DNA of 64,000 nucleotides from Octopus sinensis (taxonomy: Eukaryota): NCBI RefSeq assembly GCF_006345805.1, contig NC_042999.1, forward strand, positions 144,956,001 to 145,020,000, given 5' to 3'. The notes under the pieces were generated by a model that made no database searches, was not told where the DNA came from, and saw nothing but the letters and a program-made list of their open reading frames with translations. How positions within the stretch are numbered: position 1 is the first letter of the stretch; every line of letters starts with the position of its first letter. A program made the position numbers and the translations under genes. Positions 27,091 to 40,384 of the stretch are shown here, in pieces.

Positions 27091-27135
<45 letters not shown>

Positions 27136-29829
27136 TAGCAGCAGCTGTTGTTGTAGCTGTGGCAGTGATAGTGGTGGAGGGGGCAGCAGTGACAGTAGTG
27201 GTAGTAGTGGTGATAATAGAAACAATTATAAAGCTATTATTTTTCAGTAAGTGTTATTTTTCATTGTCTAGGGATTAAGTGTTTGTCTCGTGAATGTAAG
27301 GATGATTTCTGAAGTGGGGTGCACATTGTGTTCTTCAGCAAGTTACTTCATTTCACATTGCTCCAATCTACTCATCTGAAAATGAGTACCAGATGATTGC
27401 TAGTGCAGCTCTTTTTTCCTCCAGCTGTCTGTTCCTCAGCATTCTGCTGAATCAAGAGGGAGAGGATTTAGACAGTATCTATGTCTCCTTATGGATTCAT
27501 TGACACCTAAAACAACTAATTAAAGCATAGTAGAAACTTCTAAGTCATACCTACTTGCAAGAGATATCTAGGCTTCACTTTTCAATGTGTGCAAGGATTT
27601 GCTTTGGCTTATATTTTCCATTGTTTTGACAGTACCTATGTAATAAATGTGTTATCTCATTGTATATATATTTCCAAGTCCCACAGTTATGCACTTGGCA
27701 GCACCTTTTTAACCCTTTTGCTGTGGAAATCAGATATATCCACACAAAATTTCATTTCCTTTAATTGCAGAAAGCAGTTTTATATACCAATCTTTTTTTT
27801 GTTGAATAATATCATGTTTGAAACTAGTTTCTGTTTAGCTAGGTTGAGTTTATGGAGGTAACATTACAGAATGACTGCTTCAAAGTTGGAAAGAAGAGAT
27901 TTTCCCACCATGCTGGCTGCAGTTGCTTCAACAAACAAACCCTTTACTTCTTTTTAAACAAGAAACAGAATTCTAAAAAAATCAATGAAAATAAACCAAA
28001 CATACAGACAGAAAGCATTAAGCTAACATATTAGAACTTACACATTAGAAGACAAAAAATAATAGCGTTGAAGACATTAATTTAAATGAAAAAAAAAAGC
28101 AGGATGGGCTCTAATAACAACTCCACAAACATGAACAAGCAAGTTCAAGGTTTAAGCAAAAGGAAAAGAAGCGAACAAGGTATGTCACAAATGACAATAC
28201 TCCAAAGAATTTATCTGGGAAAGTGTGAGAAGGAAAGTGACATATTTTGGTTTTCCAAAAGCATTTTGAAGGGCTTCCACAGACCCTTGAGTTAGAGGGG
28301 ATTCTTACCAGCATGTGGCAGGATATATAAGCTGTCAACAAAAGTAAGGTGTATAGCAGATATACTTGTATTTTTGAAACCTAGGATGAACTGGTGAATT
28401 ACATAGGTTAGTTCCATAGTCTGCATGTCTCAGGAACACTAGCATCATGGTCAGAAGGATGGACATCTTGCTTTGCTGATTCCTTTGCACAACAGTATAG
28501 GTATATGTACCTATTCTGCTCTCAGGAGATAATAGTAGCTGAATAAGATCAGAGTTAAAGAAGTGATGAATGTAGGGAATGAGATGTTGGGGAAGCTTGA
28601 CAGGGCAGTAAGAATGAAGGCGGGATAGAACTTCACGCAGCCAAGTATTTACCCAGGTGATTTTAGGATATTAATTCTGTTGTGATGGATAGGTTTTCTC
28701 AAGCACAGCAAGGTGCCAGATATATCAGTCCTTTGTCATCTTCTACTTAAAGCTCAACAGCTTGTGATCAGTTCTCAATACTTTGTCCCACATCTTCCTG
28801 GGTCTTCCTCTTCCCAAATTCCATCCACTTTAAGTGATTAACACTTCTTTATACAACTCTCCTCATCCATAGTTCCTTTTCTGAAGCTAAATCTTGCAAA
28901 TGCTAACTGTTAGCTGATTGGTGAAATCTATGTTTGTGATTTTCATTACATCCAGTTTGCATATTCAAATCTCTTATCATCAAGACATTATGTTTGGGTA
29001 CCTCATGAGTGAATGAGGCGAGTTCCTGAAAGACATCTACTTCTTCATTTCATTATACATTGGAGAGTTGCAGGAAATTACTATAATACAAAGATTTCCA
29101 TTGAAAATGGCAATTATTATTTTAGGGAGGATCTTTTCTCTTCTATTTAATGAATGCAATTTAATGACTTTTCTTTGCTATTTAACCTTATCAGCACAGC
29201 AGTTGTCCTACTTTGATTGTTGTCAGAGATAAAATTTAGACACAAAAAGAGAACAAAACATTTATAGATCAGAGTTATTTGCAGCTTACACTGCAAAATC
29301 AGTATAGAATTTCTAAACTACACTTTTTCTAATATCGAACACACATTAGTCTCAGTGGACCAGAGACTGACTTTGAAGAGGAAGGAAGTGACTCACTTAT
29401 TGTTATATTAAGAGTATTTATTTGCAAAGGGACCCTCAGTGAAGATGCAATCTATTATTTGTAATGATCTTGAAAGTTCTAGTTGTGTGCTTTCCATGTT
29501 TAGAGATGGGAGATGAAGTGCAATGATATTTTCTTCATATGTGTACTGGTTAGGTCTTTGTATTGTTGAAGGAAACAAGATTGGTATGACAGCATTGGAG
29601 GATGTTGTCAGTCACATATGAAAAAAAAAGAAACATGAAAAATTCCTTTAAAAAACCTTGAAATAGAATTTAGATAAAATACTTCTGAGTGTGTATTTTT
29701 GTTTAACTTAATACTCTTTTATTGTTATTGTTATGAGTGCTGCAGGATAAATAATCTTGTGCTGGAGGGGGTGGGGGGTTAATGTTATCATAGAAACTAT
29801 AAATCTTTGCCAAACTATAAATCGTAAGG

Positions 29830-30300
29830 TGACATGCCATGATTGAGGAGGCCTATCGAGTCAAGTACATCAACATCAAATGAAATGAAATCACAATCAA
29901 ATGGAAATTGTAGTTGTGGCACGTAAAAAGCACCATACAAACATGTCGAGGCCAGCCCCCTCATCCTGACTGGCTTCTGTGCTGGTGGCACATTTAAAGC
30001 ACCATCCGAACATGGCCAATGCCAGCACCGCCTTGACTAGCTCCTGTATTGGTGGCATGTAAAAAGCACCATCTGATCGTGGTTGATGCTATCCCCCTCT
30101 GGCCCCTGTGCTGGTGGTACGTAAAAAGCACCCACTACACTCTCAGAGTGGTTGGTGTTAGGAAGGGTATCCAGCTGTAGAAACATTGCCAGATCAGACT
30201 GGAGTCTGTGCAGCCTCCTGGCTTTCCAGACCCTTGTTGAACCATCCAACCCATGCCAGCATGGAAGACGGACATTAACTGATGATGATGATGATGATGG
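29830..30300 (+). mobile_element. RTE 3'UTR/tail copy
   Basis: Subunit array plus tail ending (GAT)n; 5' part matches the minus-strand copy at 61210-61320. Confidence 0.8.
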
Positions 30301-30325
30301 TGATATAGTTATATATATATATATA

Positions 30326-30721
30326 CTAGCAGTATTGCCCGGCGTTGCTCGGGTTTGTAAGGGAAATAACCATATAAGCATTTTTAGAGAGTTATAGCCA
30401 AAAAATAGCAAAAAAATGCATTAAAAATGGAAAAAAAATGATGGTAAATTTTTTTAAAATCGTTGACTCATCGTAGACATTTTTAGAGAGTTACTTCCCT
30501 TATATAATAGAGAAAAAATGCATTAAAATGGAAAAAAATGATGGTAAATTTTTTTTTAAATCGTAGACTCATCGTAGACATGTGCTAATACCCAGAAGGG
30601 CTCGATATGAATCACGACTATAAGATACCCGCTTTTGGTTAAACTGCACCGCAAAATGTGGGAGTAGTTAGGAATCTAAATCGTAGGAGACAGACACACA
30701 ACTCCTCTTTTATATATAAGA
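30326..30721 (-). mobile_element. Non-autonomous Helitron (about 396 bp)
   Basis: Minus strand starts TC(TTATATATAAAAGAG), ends CCCGAGCAACGCCGGG hairpin then CAATACTG-CTAG; inserted between A and T in (TA)n with no TSD. Confidence 0.85.
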
Positions 30722-30787
30722 TATATATATAGCAGCTAAGCCCTGTTTCACCCAGTTGGTTTGGATGATGATGATGATGATGATATA

Positions 30788-30940
<153 letters not shown>

Positions 30941-32116
30941 TAGCAGCTAAGCCCTGTTTCACTCAGTTGGTTTGGATGATGTGGCTGTAAAATCTGCTCT
31001 GTGTAAGCATTCGACTTGTTTGGGCATGTTTATGTTAAAAAACAATTTTAGAATGACATTTTTCTTTTAAAACACTAAAATAATTATTGACCAATAAAAA
31101 AAAACCAAGATTCAACCAATTCAAAAAATAAACCCAAATACTATGCAAACAAGGATGAACCATCCCACTTCCATTGCACATACAAATGCACACACACACA
31201 CACACACACAAACACACACTCACATTTACATAAACACACATATATTCACACAGAGTTGAGACGCTGTTTGATTTATTTTTTTCCAGCATACAATTTTCAT
31301 CATCCTACTACGAAGTATGACATCACCCTTTCTTTCCTTATTCATCTCTCATCCCTTCCTTTCTCATTCATTAACACAAGAGTATTATTATAGTAGATTA
31401 TCCCAGTAACCATGGGAGCTATGAAAACATACAAAGCCCAGCATCACCACTGGATCATTCTACACATTTGTGTAATTTTTCACGCAATTCCACCCAGCCA
31501 TTTGACCGTGAGTCCCAAGAAAGAAAAAATTGCTCATGTCAAATTTATATTTATAGATACTCACACACACACACATCATTTATGTGTGTGTGTGTGTGTG
31601 TGTGCATGCATGCACATGTGTGTGTGTGTGTGTGCATGCATGCATGCACGTGTGTGTGTGTGTGTGTGCATGTGTGTATGTATGCATAAAGTATGTATAT
31701 AGACTATACATATTAATACATACCCACACATGTATATGAGCACTTTAGTGACCAGATACTACATTCAGATGTAATAAGATGTGAAGTACTAGTGTATGTC
31801 TCTTCCACATAGATAGCATAAGTTTTTTAAGTTTACTAGCATTTAATTTCCTATACCTACCAGCAAAACACTATAAGCATATTTTTACTGCCTCAGTGAG
31901 ACAAGACTTTTTTGGCTTTATATAAAAACTGCTAATTTTATTTCTTTTATTCTTCATGTCTATTTCATATCAACCACTCAAGGCCTGCATTATTTATACA
32001 ATGGTTTCACAAAATTTTACCCATTGCTGCTGCTGGAGCTGGAGACTAGTAACAAAACAAAATATCCCAATGTCCTGGATTGTCAGATATACATGTATTT
32101 TCTTTATACATGTATA

Positions 32117-32960
32117 TGAGGTTTGATCAATAAGTATCCGGACTGCTGCCATAGTAAGGAAGTTAAAGCATGCAAAGTGAAACTGCTCAGCAAAGGTTGA
32201 ACTGGAACTCTGCAGTGAATGCACAGTAAGTTTTAATGTTCTAGCTCACTTCTGCTATTTACAGCAGTGCTTGGAAGGAAGGTGTGTAGCATGTGATCAT
32301 TGCATTGACCATGATAGAGAAAGTTATCATGGCGATACCTGCTCAGAGGCCTATACAAAGTTACAGAAAGTGTATGGAGAGGAGTGTATGAGCTGCACAC
32401 AAGTGTATGAATGGTTCAGACGTTTACGAGATGGCCAAAAAAATGTCGATATTGACGAATATTCTAACAGACCCGCAATCAGCAGAACTGAGAAAACTAT
32501 CGCAGATGTGCATGCAGCTGTGAGGGAAAAATCATTGAATCACCATCTGTGAGCTATCAAAGAATGTGCAGAATAGTTACGGTTCAGTTCAGTCCATTAT
32601 CACTGAAGATTTGGGTATGAGACGCATGTCTGCCAAGTTTGTGCCAAAACTGCTTTCAGCTGACCAAAAAGACACAGGTTTCAGTTGCACAAGATCTCCT
32701 TGATTGTGTTGAGAACAATGAAAACTTTTTGAAAACTTTCCATAGGCCTCTGAGCAGGTATTGCCCAGCTTTTGGCAAAATTTGATGCAGATTCTCTGCT
32801 CAACTTTCTCTGCATTGGTCAATGCGATGATCACACATTACACACCTTCTTCCCAAGCACTGCTGTAAACAGTGGAAGTGAACTAGAACATTAAAACTTG
32901 ATGCACATGCACAGCAGAGTTCAAGGTCAATCTATGCCAAGCAGCTTCACTCTGCATGCT
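32117..32960 (+). mobile_element. mariner-derived element: transposase N-terminus flanked by long internal inverted repeats
   Basis: EAYTKLQKVYGEECMSCTQVYEWFRR...RPAISRT...EDLGMRRMSAKFVPKLLS (mariner HTH and WVP-like motif); about 32744-32960 is the reverse complement of about 32168-32351. Confidence 0.88.
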
Positions 32961-33158
32961 ATGATCAGACCAAGTATTCAGGTTTTACCTTGTCTGTTCT
33001 TTCCTTCAAATAGACATTGGTCGAAGCTCTAACTAATCATCAATTAGTTATCAAGTACTCTCTCTCTCCCAGTGAACAAATATCTTATTTTAGATGAGTT
33101 AAGATGTACCTTGTGAAGTACATATGTATCTATTTATTACACACTCTCAAGCATCTAC

Positions 33159-33189
<31 letters not shown>

Positions 33190-34127
33190 TGTATGTATGT
33201 ATGTATGTATGCATGTACGTATATATTAATTTATGTATGTATGTATGTGTATGTATGCCTGTCTGTCTATTTATGAGTATGTGTGAATATGTGTGTGTGT
33301 ATGTGTATATATATATGGATATATGTTTATATACACATATATATACATAGTTTTTATATATATGTATACACACACATATAAATGTATGTATTTATATCTT
33401 CACCTTTTCTTATAATATAAAAAAAATTTCATACTTAACCTTAAATTGAATATATATCTTTTAAATAAAAAAGAAAAATCTCATTTCATCTTATGATTTA
33501 AAATTTAATGATAAATATCTAAAAAGGTCATAGTAGTAGTTTTAATGTTACAAACCCTACAGATTTAAAATGAAAAATAGTGAAGAAGAAAATAATGTTG
33601 AGGTGTGCAAAAATTAAAGAAGAAATTATATCAAGTTTACTCTTTCACATTCAAGAACTTTGAAGAAAAAAAATAATCAAACACATTTTTATCTGGAATG
33701 GTTTTTAGCTGGAGATGCTAGCAAGATGAAAAGAAATCAAGTGGAATAATACTACTGAAGAGACATGAAAAAAAAAAGATTTTTCATCTAAATGTCTAGG
33801 CTAAGCTGGAATTAATAAGACTCCATACCCACACCCACCACCATTACCATTGTCGTTGTCATTTTCATTTCCACTTTTCCATGCTTACATGGATCAGACT
33901 ATAATTTTGCATGTTATTCAATCTTATTTTTGAAGAACATCAACATAGGTGCAGTCATGGCTGTATAGATACAGAGTCTACTTTGTAATCACATACTTCC
34001 TGGTACTATCCTACTGTGTGGCATCTGGGATGAGTGTCATTGAATAGTGAGAGAGGGGTTCTAAGTGTGACAAATTGACACACAGAAATTAGTTTTCGCA
34101 TCTATTATATTATATTATATATATATA

Positions 34128-35673
34128 AGGATTAGAATCGAAGGGCCTTAGAATCAACCTAGCTAAAACCAAAGTCCTAATAAGTAGGAATACAGGCAAA
34201 CCACAAATCCCTTCAGGTAGATGACCCTGCTCGATCTGTAGTAGAGGTGTAGGTAGAAACTCTATAAGATGTACCCAGTGTAAGCTATGGACACATAAGA
34301 GGTGCAGTAATATCAAAGGAAGGCTAACTGGGAAGATAGTTTTTGTATGTGGCAGATGCTCAGGAGCGATAAACACTGAAAATGCGCAGAGACCAACTTC
34401 CGCCACATTCCAGGGAGAAAAACTAGAAGTAGTTGATAGCTTCCATTATCTAGGTGACCAAATCAGTAGCGGAGGAGGGTGCACTGAAAGTGTAGCTGCT
34501 AGAATAAGAATAGCTTGGGCAAAGTTCAGAGAGCTCTGCTTGTGACAAAGGGCCTCTTGCTCAGAGTAAAAGGTAGACTGTATGATGCATGTGTATGAAC
34601 AGCCATGCTGAGGATATGCATAAGCTCGCAAGAAATGAAGCCAGTATGATCCGATGGATGTGTAATGTCAGTGTGCATACTCAACAGAGTGTTAGTGCCT
34701 TGAGAGAAAGGTTGGACCTAAGAAGCATCAGATGTGGTGTGCAAGAGAGATGACTGCACTGAGAAAAGTTGGACTTAGGAAGCATTAGATGTGGTGTGCA
34801 AGAGAGACAACTGCGTTGGTATGGTCATGTGGTGAGAATGGACGAGGATAGTTGTGTGATAAAGTGCCACACCCTAGCCATTGAGGGAACCTGTGGAAGA
34901 GGTAGACCCAGGAAGACTTGGGATGAAGTGGTGAAGCGCGACCTTCGAACATTAGGCCTCACCAAGGAAATGACTAGCGACCGAGACCTTTGGAAATATG
35001 CTGTGCTCAAGAAGACCCGGCAAGCCAGATGAAACCATAACCCATGGCCTATGCCAGGGGTGTAACCAGCCCGCTTATGCGTAGTGTTTCCTTCTTTGGT
35101 CACTAAACTTTGCTTGCGAAGACCTGTTGAGGCAAGTAAAATCAAATCAAAATCAAAATCATTGCGATGACTGGCATCCGTGCTAGCGGGGTGCAAAGAG
35201 CACCATACAAGTGTGATCGTAGACAGAGAGGCCATTCGAGTATGATCGTTACCAGCATTGCCTTACTGGCATTTATACCTGTGCTAGTAGGGTGCCAAGA
35301 ACACCTTCCGAGCGTGATCGTTGTGATCGTTGCCAGAGCAGCTAACTGGCTTCCGTACCTGTGGCACATAAAAGGGCACCATTCGAGCATGATCGTTACT
35401 AATGTTGCTTCACTGGCACCTGTGCTGGTGGCACGTGTAAAAAGATTTGAGCAAGGTCATTGCCAGTACCGCCTGACTGGCCCCCATGCAGGTGGCACGT
35501 AAAAAGCACCCACTACACTCTCGAAGTGGTTGGCGTTAGGAAGGGTATCCAGCTGTAGAAACTCTGCCCAGATCAAGACTGGAGCCTGGTGCAGCCATCT
35601 GGTTGCCAGCCCTCAGTCAAAACCGTCCAACCCATGCTAGCATGGAAAACGGACATTAAGTGATGATGATGAT
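34128..35673 (+). mobile_element. 5'-truncated RTE LINE (1.5 kb): RT C-terminus with PHD finger, 3'UTR array, (GAT)n tail
   Basis: GLESKGLRINLAKTKVL...CSIC...CTQCKLWTHKRC...CGRC...LEVVDSFHYLGD...RIRIAWAKFREL...LRWYGHVVRM...RGRPRKTW; flanked by (TA)n on both sides. Confidence 0.93.
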
Positions 35674-35744
35674 ATATATATATTATTTTTATTTTACTTT
35701 TATGGGTTTCAGCCAGGCCCTAAGGCCATGTTGCTGCACCACTT

Positions 35745-36180
35745 TTACTGCATCTGGGGATTTTTCCAGTTTTGTTTCTGGTGAAGTAGCGAGTTAAACA
35801 TTGCCGATCTTCTTTGTGCCTCCTTCCGTGATGTGGGTTCATCAGGTATTGCAGATAAAAAACTGTCTAGACGTCTTTTGAAGACTTCCATGCAGATCCC
35901 TGACGTTCTGTTGTTGGGCATTAAAAAGTTGTGCTCCCTTGAATCCAAAGCTGTTACAATATTGCATTTGTACCCTTGATGGAGAAGATGGGACCTTTGG
36001 TACTGTGCAGTGCCATCCGGTTCGGAGATTGTTGTAGATTTTGAATCCAAAATTTGGAGCTAAACCCTCCATTATTTTACATATGTATAGCACTGCATAT
36101 CTCTCATGTCTCCTCCCCAGGGAGTAGAGTTCCAGTTCCTTCAACCTCTCTCAGTAACCCATGTGTTTTACTGAGTCTAT
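35745..36180 (-). mobile_element. CR1-clade LINE 3' remnant
   Basis: LKELELYSLGRRHERYAVLYICKIMEGLAPN...SFGFKGAQLFN...FKRRLDSFLSAIPDEP, typical CR1-group ORF2 C-terminus. Confidence 0.8.
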
Positions 36181-37074
36181 CTTCTTTGTGTAGTGGCATT
36201 GAATCGCTTCTAGTTCTGCAATTAGTTTTACACAGTTATTTTATTCCATACGGGTAGAAATATAGGCAAAATAAAGTTGAAAATGCACTGAAAATATTTT
36301 TTATCAATATATTTGAAGCTTTAGCCATTTTCACAGTTTACACTGATTTTCAAAAAGTTCAAATAGAAAGATATGGCTTATGTCACAGTTGTCTTGCTTC
36401 TGACTAGTGTTTTGAAGTTTGCCTTGTTTTTATAGGGAGTTCCTGGCTCAAATTAGTAAATGTTTTGAAGAGGATTTGATTGGTAGAGGATAGTTGCATG
36501 ACTGGTCTAAGAAATTTTTGTAGTTTCCCCACTATGTCTCTGTGTTAGTATCAAGTGACAATGCTTGGCATCATAAGTTAAAGCTGACACAGTTGACTGA
36601 ACAAGTCCAAACAATCAATGCTCTGAATGTTTTCTGTCAACTGTTTGTAGAGAATGAACGCATGATTCAGTTTATAACCTTTTGTATGTTTCCCACTATG
36701 TCTGTGCATTAATGTCATGTGACAGTATATTTTGTGCCTAAAAAGAAAGCTGATATGGTCGAGTGAACTTGTTAACTTATAACCAAGGTGCTCCAAATTT
36801 AATCTGTCTGGTGGGAAAGTGGACAGGAGTCATTTGTATGTAGTCCAATGGCTAAAGTTTAGGTTGTTAGCTGAGCAGCTTTCTCCTGATAAGTGGCAGA
36901 ATGAATTTTGTGTGTGAATAGTTATTTTTGTATGTACTCTGTTAAAGTTTGTTAAGTCTTGGTTTGTACTTTTGTATGAAAGTATTTTCTTTGTTTATCT
37001 GTACTTTATCTGTGGCATTTGCTGAACATAGGTAGAGTGGAAAGACCTGGAATTTGGAAGACTTATTTTTTACT

Positions 37075-37508
37075 CACCTGACTGGTACCCATGCTGGCAA
37101 CATAGAGGAAAACACCATTCAGCTTTGGCCAATGCCAGTTCTGCCTGACTGACACCTGTGTTGGTGGCACATAAAAAGCACCATTCGAGTGTGGAAGATG
37201 CCAGTACTGCCTGACTGGCACTTATGCTGGTGGCATGTAAAAAGCACCATTCAAGCATGGCCAATGCCAGTGCCACTTGAATGGCACCTATTCTGGTAGC
37301 ACGTAAAATGCACCATTTGAGCATGTTACATAAAAAGGACCCACTGCACACTCAGAGTGGCTGGCATTAAGAAGGGCATCCAGCTGTAGAAACTTTGCCA
37401 AATCACATTGGAGACTAGTGCAGCATCATGTTTTGCTTGTTCTCAGTCAAACCGTCCAACCTATGTCAGCATGAAAAGCAGACATTAAACAATGATGATA
37501 ATGATGAT
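37075..37508 (+). mobile_element. Older RTE 3'UTR/tail copy
   Basis: About 5 decayed subunits plus tail. Confidence 0.8.
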
Positions 37509-37780
37509 GTATATATCTTTCATGCAGCCTCTTTATTCTGGCTATTTCATTGTGTTGAACTGTTAATCCCTACACACTTTTTTTCTCTCTTTATTTTTTT
37601 CATTCCCTCTCTGTTTCCTTCTTTTTAATTCATTCTGTTGAAGAGCATAAACTCAAAACATCAAAGACTTTTCCATTCTTCCTGAGCATTAAACTAATAT
37701 ACCAACTTGTTGTTCCTGCACCTGTCTTCGTTTTTTTTTCTGTAAATTTGAACTATATATGTGTTTATGTATATATGTAT

Positions 37781-37813
<33 letters not shown>

Positions 37814-37836
37814 TATATATATATATATAATATATA

Positions 37837-37869
<33 letters not shown>

Positions 37870-37882
37870 GTATATATATATA

Positions 37883-37926
<44 letters not shown>

Positions 37927-38182
37927 CACACCCACCCACACACATATATGGGCACAGGATGCCACCAATAGTAAACAAAATGAAATATGAAAACAAATGA
38001 GTTCAATATGCAAACAACTTGAGAAACAAATGGAAAATAGAACAAGTAACACAAAGAATGACCCTTCATCAGTTGCCGGCTGTCTAGCTACTCCTCACTT
38101 TGAGCATTTGAATGACATATGAGTCCCATAAGTACCAAAATATAATTTGAGATTTAAGGAGGCTCAAAGTTGGGGACAAAAA

Positions 38183-38873
38183 CATTCCGCCATATTCCAG
38201 GGAGAAAAACTAGAAGTTGTTGATAGTTTTTGTTACCTAGGTGACCAAGTCAGTAGTGGAGGAGGGTGTGCTGAAAGTGTAGCTGCTAGAATAAGAATAG
38301 CCTGGGCAAAGTTCAGAGAGCTCTTACCTCAGAGTAAAAGGTAGACTGTATGATGCATGTGTATGAACAGCCATGCTACATGGCAGTGAAACATGAGCCG
38401 TGACTACTGAGGATGTGTGTAAGCTCACAAGGAATGAAGCCATTATGCTTCAATGGATATGTAATGTCAGTGTGCATACTCGACAGAGTATAAGTACCTT
38501 GAGAGAAAAGTTGGACCTAAGAAGCATCAGATGTGGTGTCCATTCTTGCCGCATGACCATACCAGCACAGTCGTCTCTCTTGCACACATCTGATGCTTCT
38601 TAGGTCCAACCTTTCTCTCAAGGCATTAACACTCTGTCGAATATGCACACTGACATTACACATCCATTGAAGCATAATGGCTTCATTACTTGTGAGCTTA
38701 CACACATCCTCAGCAGTCACGGCCCATGTTTCATTGCCATGTAGCATGGCTGTTTGTACGCATGCATCATACAGTCTACCTTTTTCTCTGAGCGAGAGGC
38801 CCTTTGTCACCAGCAGAAGTAAGAGCTCTCTAAATTTAGCCCAGGCTATTCTTATTCTAGCAGCTACACTTTC
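38183..38873. mobile_element. RTE ORF fragment duplicated as a fold-back
   Basis: Plus copy 38183-38540 and minus copy 38540-38873 cover the same ESVAARIRIAWAKFREL...DLRSIRC segment. Confidence 0.9.
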
Positions 38874-39665
38874 ATGTGTATATGTATGAGTGTGTGTGTG
38901 TGTTGTGTGTGTGTGTGTGTGTGTGTGTGGTGCACGCACTTGTGTGTAGACAAAATTGTTGGAGCTTCAGATAAAATCCATTGTCATATTTATTCCAGTG
39001 CTTTGCTTTCTGATTTCAAGTACCACCAAACTCAACTTTAGTCTTGTTGTGGCAAGAGTATGACACCCTCTCACAAGAATAAAAGGACCATTACATATAA
39101 AGAGTAGTGCTCTGACGTAGTCGGCAGTTCATAGTTTGGTCTTCAAAGACCAGGTACGGTTTACAGTTCAAGTTAGAGTGTTAGAAATATTGACTGTTAG
39201 TTGGTAAAAGATTGTTGGTTCATTATGTATTTATTATTGCTGCTTATTCTTTTTTGTATTATTATAACACTGTTACAGTGTATCCTTTATCTATCATCGA
39301 CAATATCAAGTGTAGGTGTAAGGATATACCAAATTTTTATCCTTCGGGGTCAATAATTAAAGAACTAGTTTAGAAGATGGTGGACAGAAATGCTAGGGCT
39401 GGATAGCTTGCAGCATTTATAATTTATTTTCTATCTTTTAGTTGTTTCAGTCATCAAACTGTGTCCATGCTGGGGTACTGCAAGGAAAAATTTATTCAAA
39501 TAAATTGAACTCAGTATATTTTTCTTTTAACCTTACTACTTATTTTATTGGTTGCTTTTACCAAACTACTAAGTTATGGAGACATAAACATACTGACACT
39601 TGTCAAGGTGGGGGACAAACAGACATAAAGACACACACTCACAAAGATATATATATATTTATACA

Positions 39666-39897
39666 TAAATAAATAAATGGAGTTGAACGAAGATGTTATT
39701 ATAAGTCTTTTACTTTCGACATATGTTTTGAAGACAACATGGTTTTATTCCAAAGGAATAAACGGTGTAAATGCAATCTTCTCATCAGAAATTTACACTG
39801 TTTATTCCTTTGGAATAAAACCATGTTGTCTTCGAAACATATATCGAAAGTAAAAGAATTATAATAACAGCTTTGTTCAACTCCATTTATTTATTTA
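39666..39897. mobile_element. Palindromic pLTR-like element with hammerhead halves
   Basis: Arms 39666-39772 and 39790-39897. Minus strand: TTT-CTGATGA-GAAGA...TCTTC-AAAAC-ATAT-GTC-GAAAG; the right arm retains TCTTC-GAAAC. Confidence 0.8.
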
Positions 39898-40384
39898 CTT
39901 ATACTACACACATTACTGCACATTAACCCGGAGTTTCTACCTTTGAATAGGTTGCTTCATCCGTATTACTTGCATGAATTTTGCTATCCTGGTAACTGTT
40001 TATTGAATTTTCCATGTTAACGGTAAACTAAGGATAATTCATTCATCCATTTATATATTTATACATATATATTTATGTGTATGTAAAAGACACTTGTCCC
40101 AGTGAGATATGAATGGTTGGTGTTGGGAAGAGCATCCAGCCATTGAAACTGAACCAAATCAAACTGGAACCTGGTACAGCTCTCCAGCTTACCAGTTCCA
40201 GTGAAACCGTCTAACTCATGCCATCATAAAAAGTGGATACTTAATGATGATAATGATGATGATGATACATATGTATGCATGTATGTATGTATGTGTGTAT
40301 GTATGTATGTACGTATGTATGTGTGTATGTATGTATATGTATGTATGTATGTGTGTATGTATGTATGTATGTATGTATGTATAT

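Noticed and set aside
29420-29615. About 65 open codons on the minus strand near a GTGAGT donor
   Set aside because: No AG acceptor at the start and a stop precedes the donor.
35525-35570. GGTTGGCGTTAGGAAGGG(C/T)ATCCAGCTGTAGAAAC as a twister or HDV-like ribozyme
   Set aside because: Could not draw the required twister or HDV pseudoknots; kept only as conserved RTE tail sequence.
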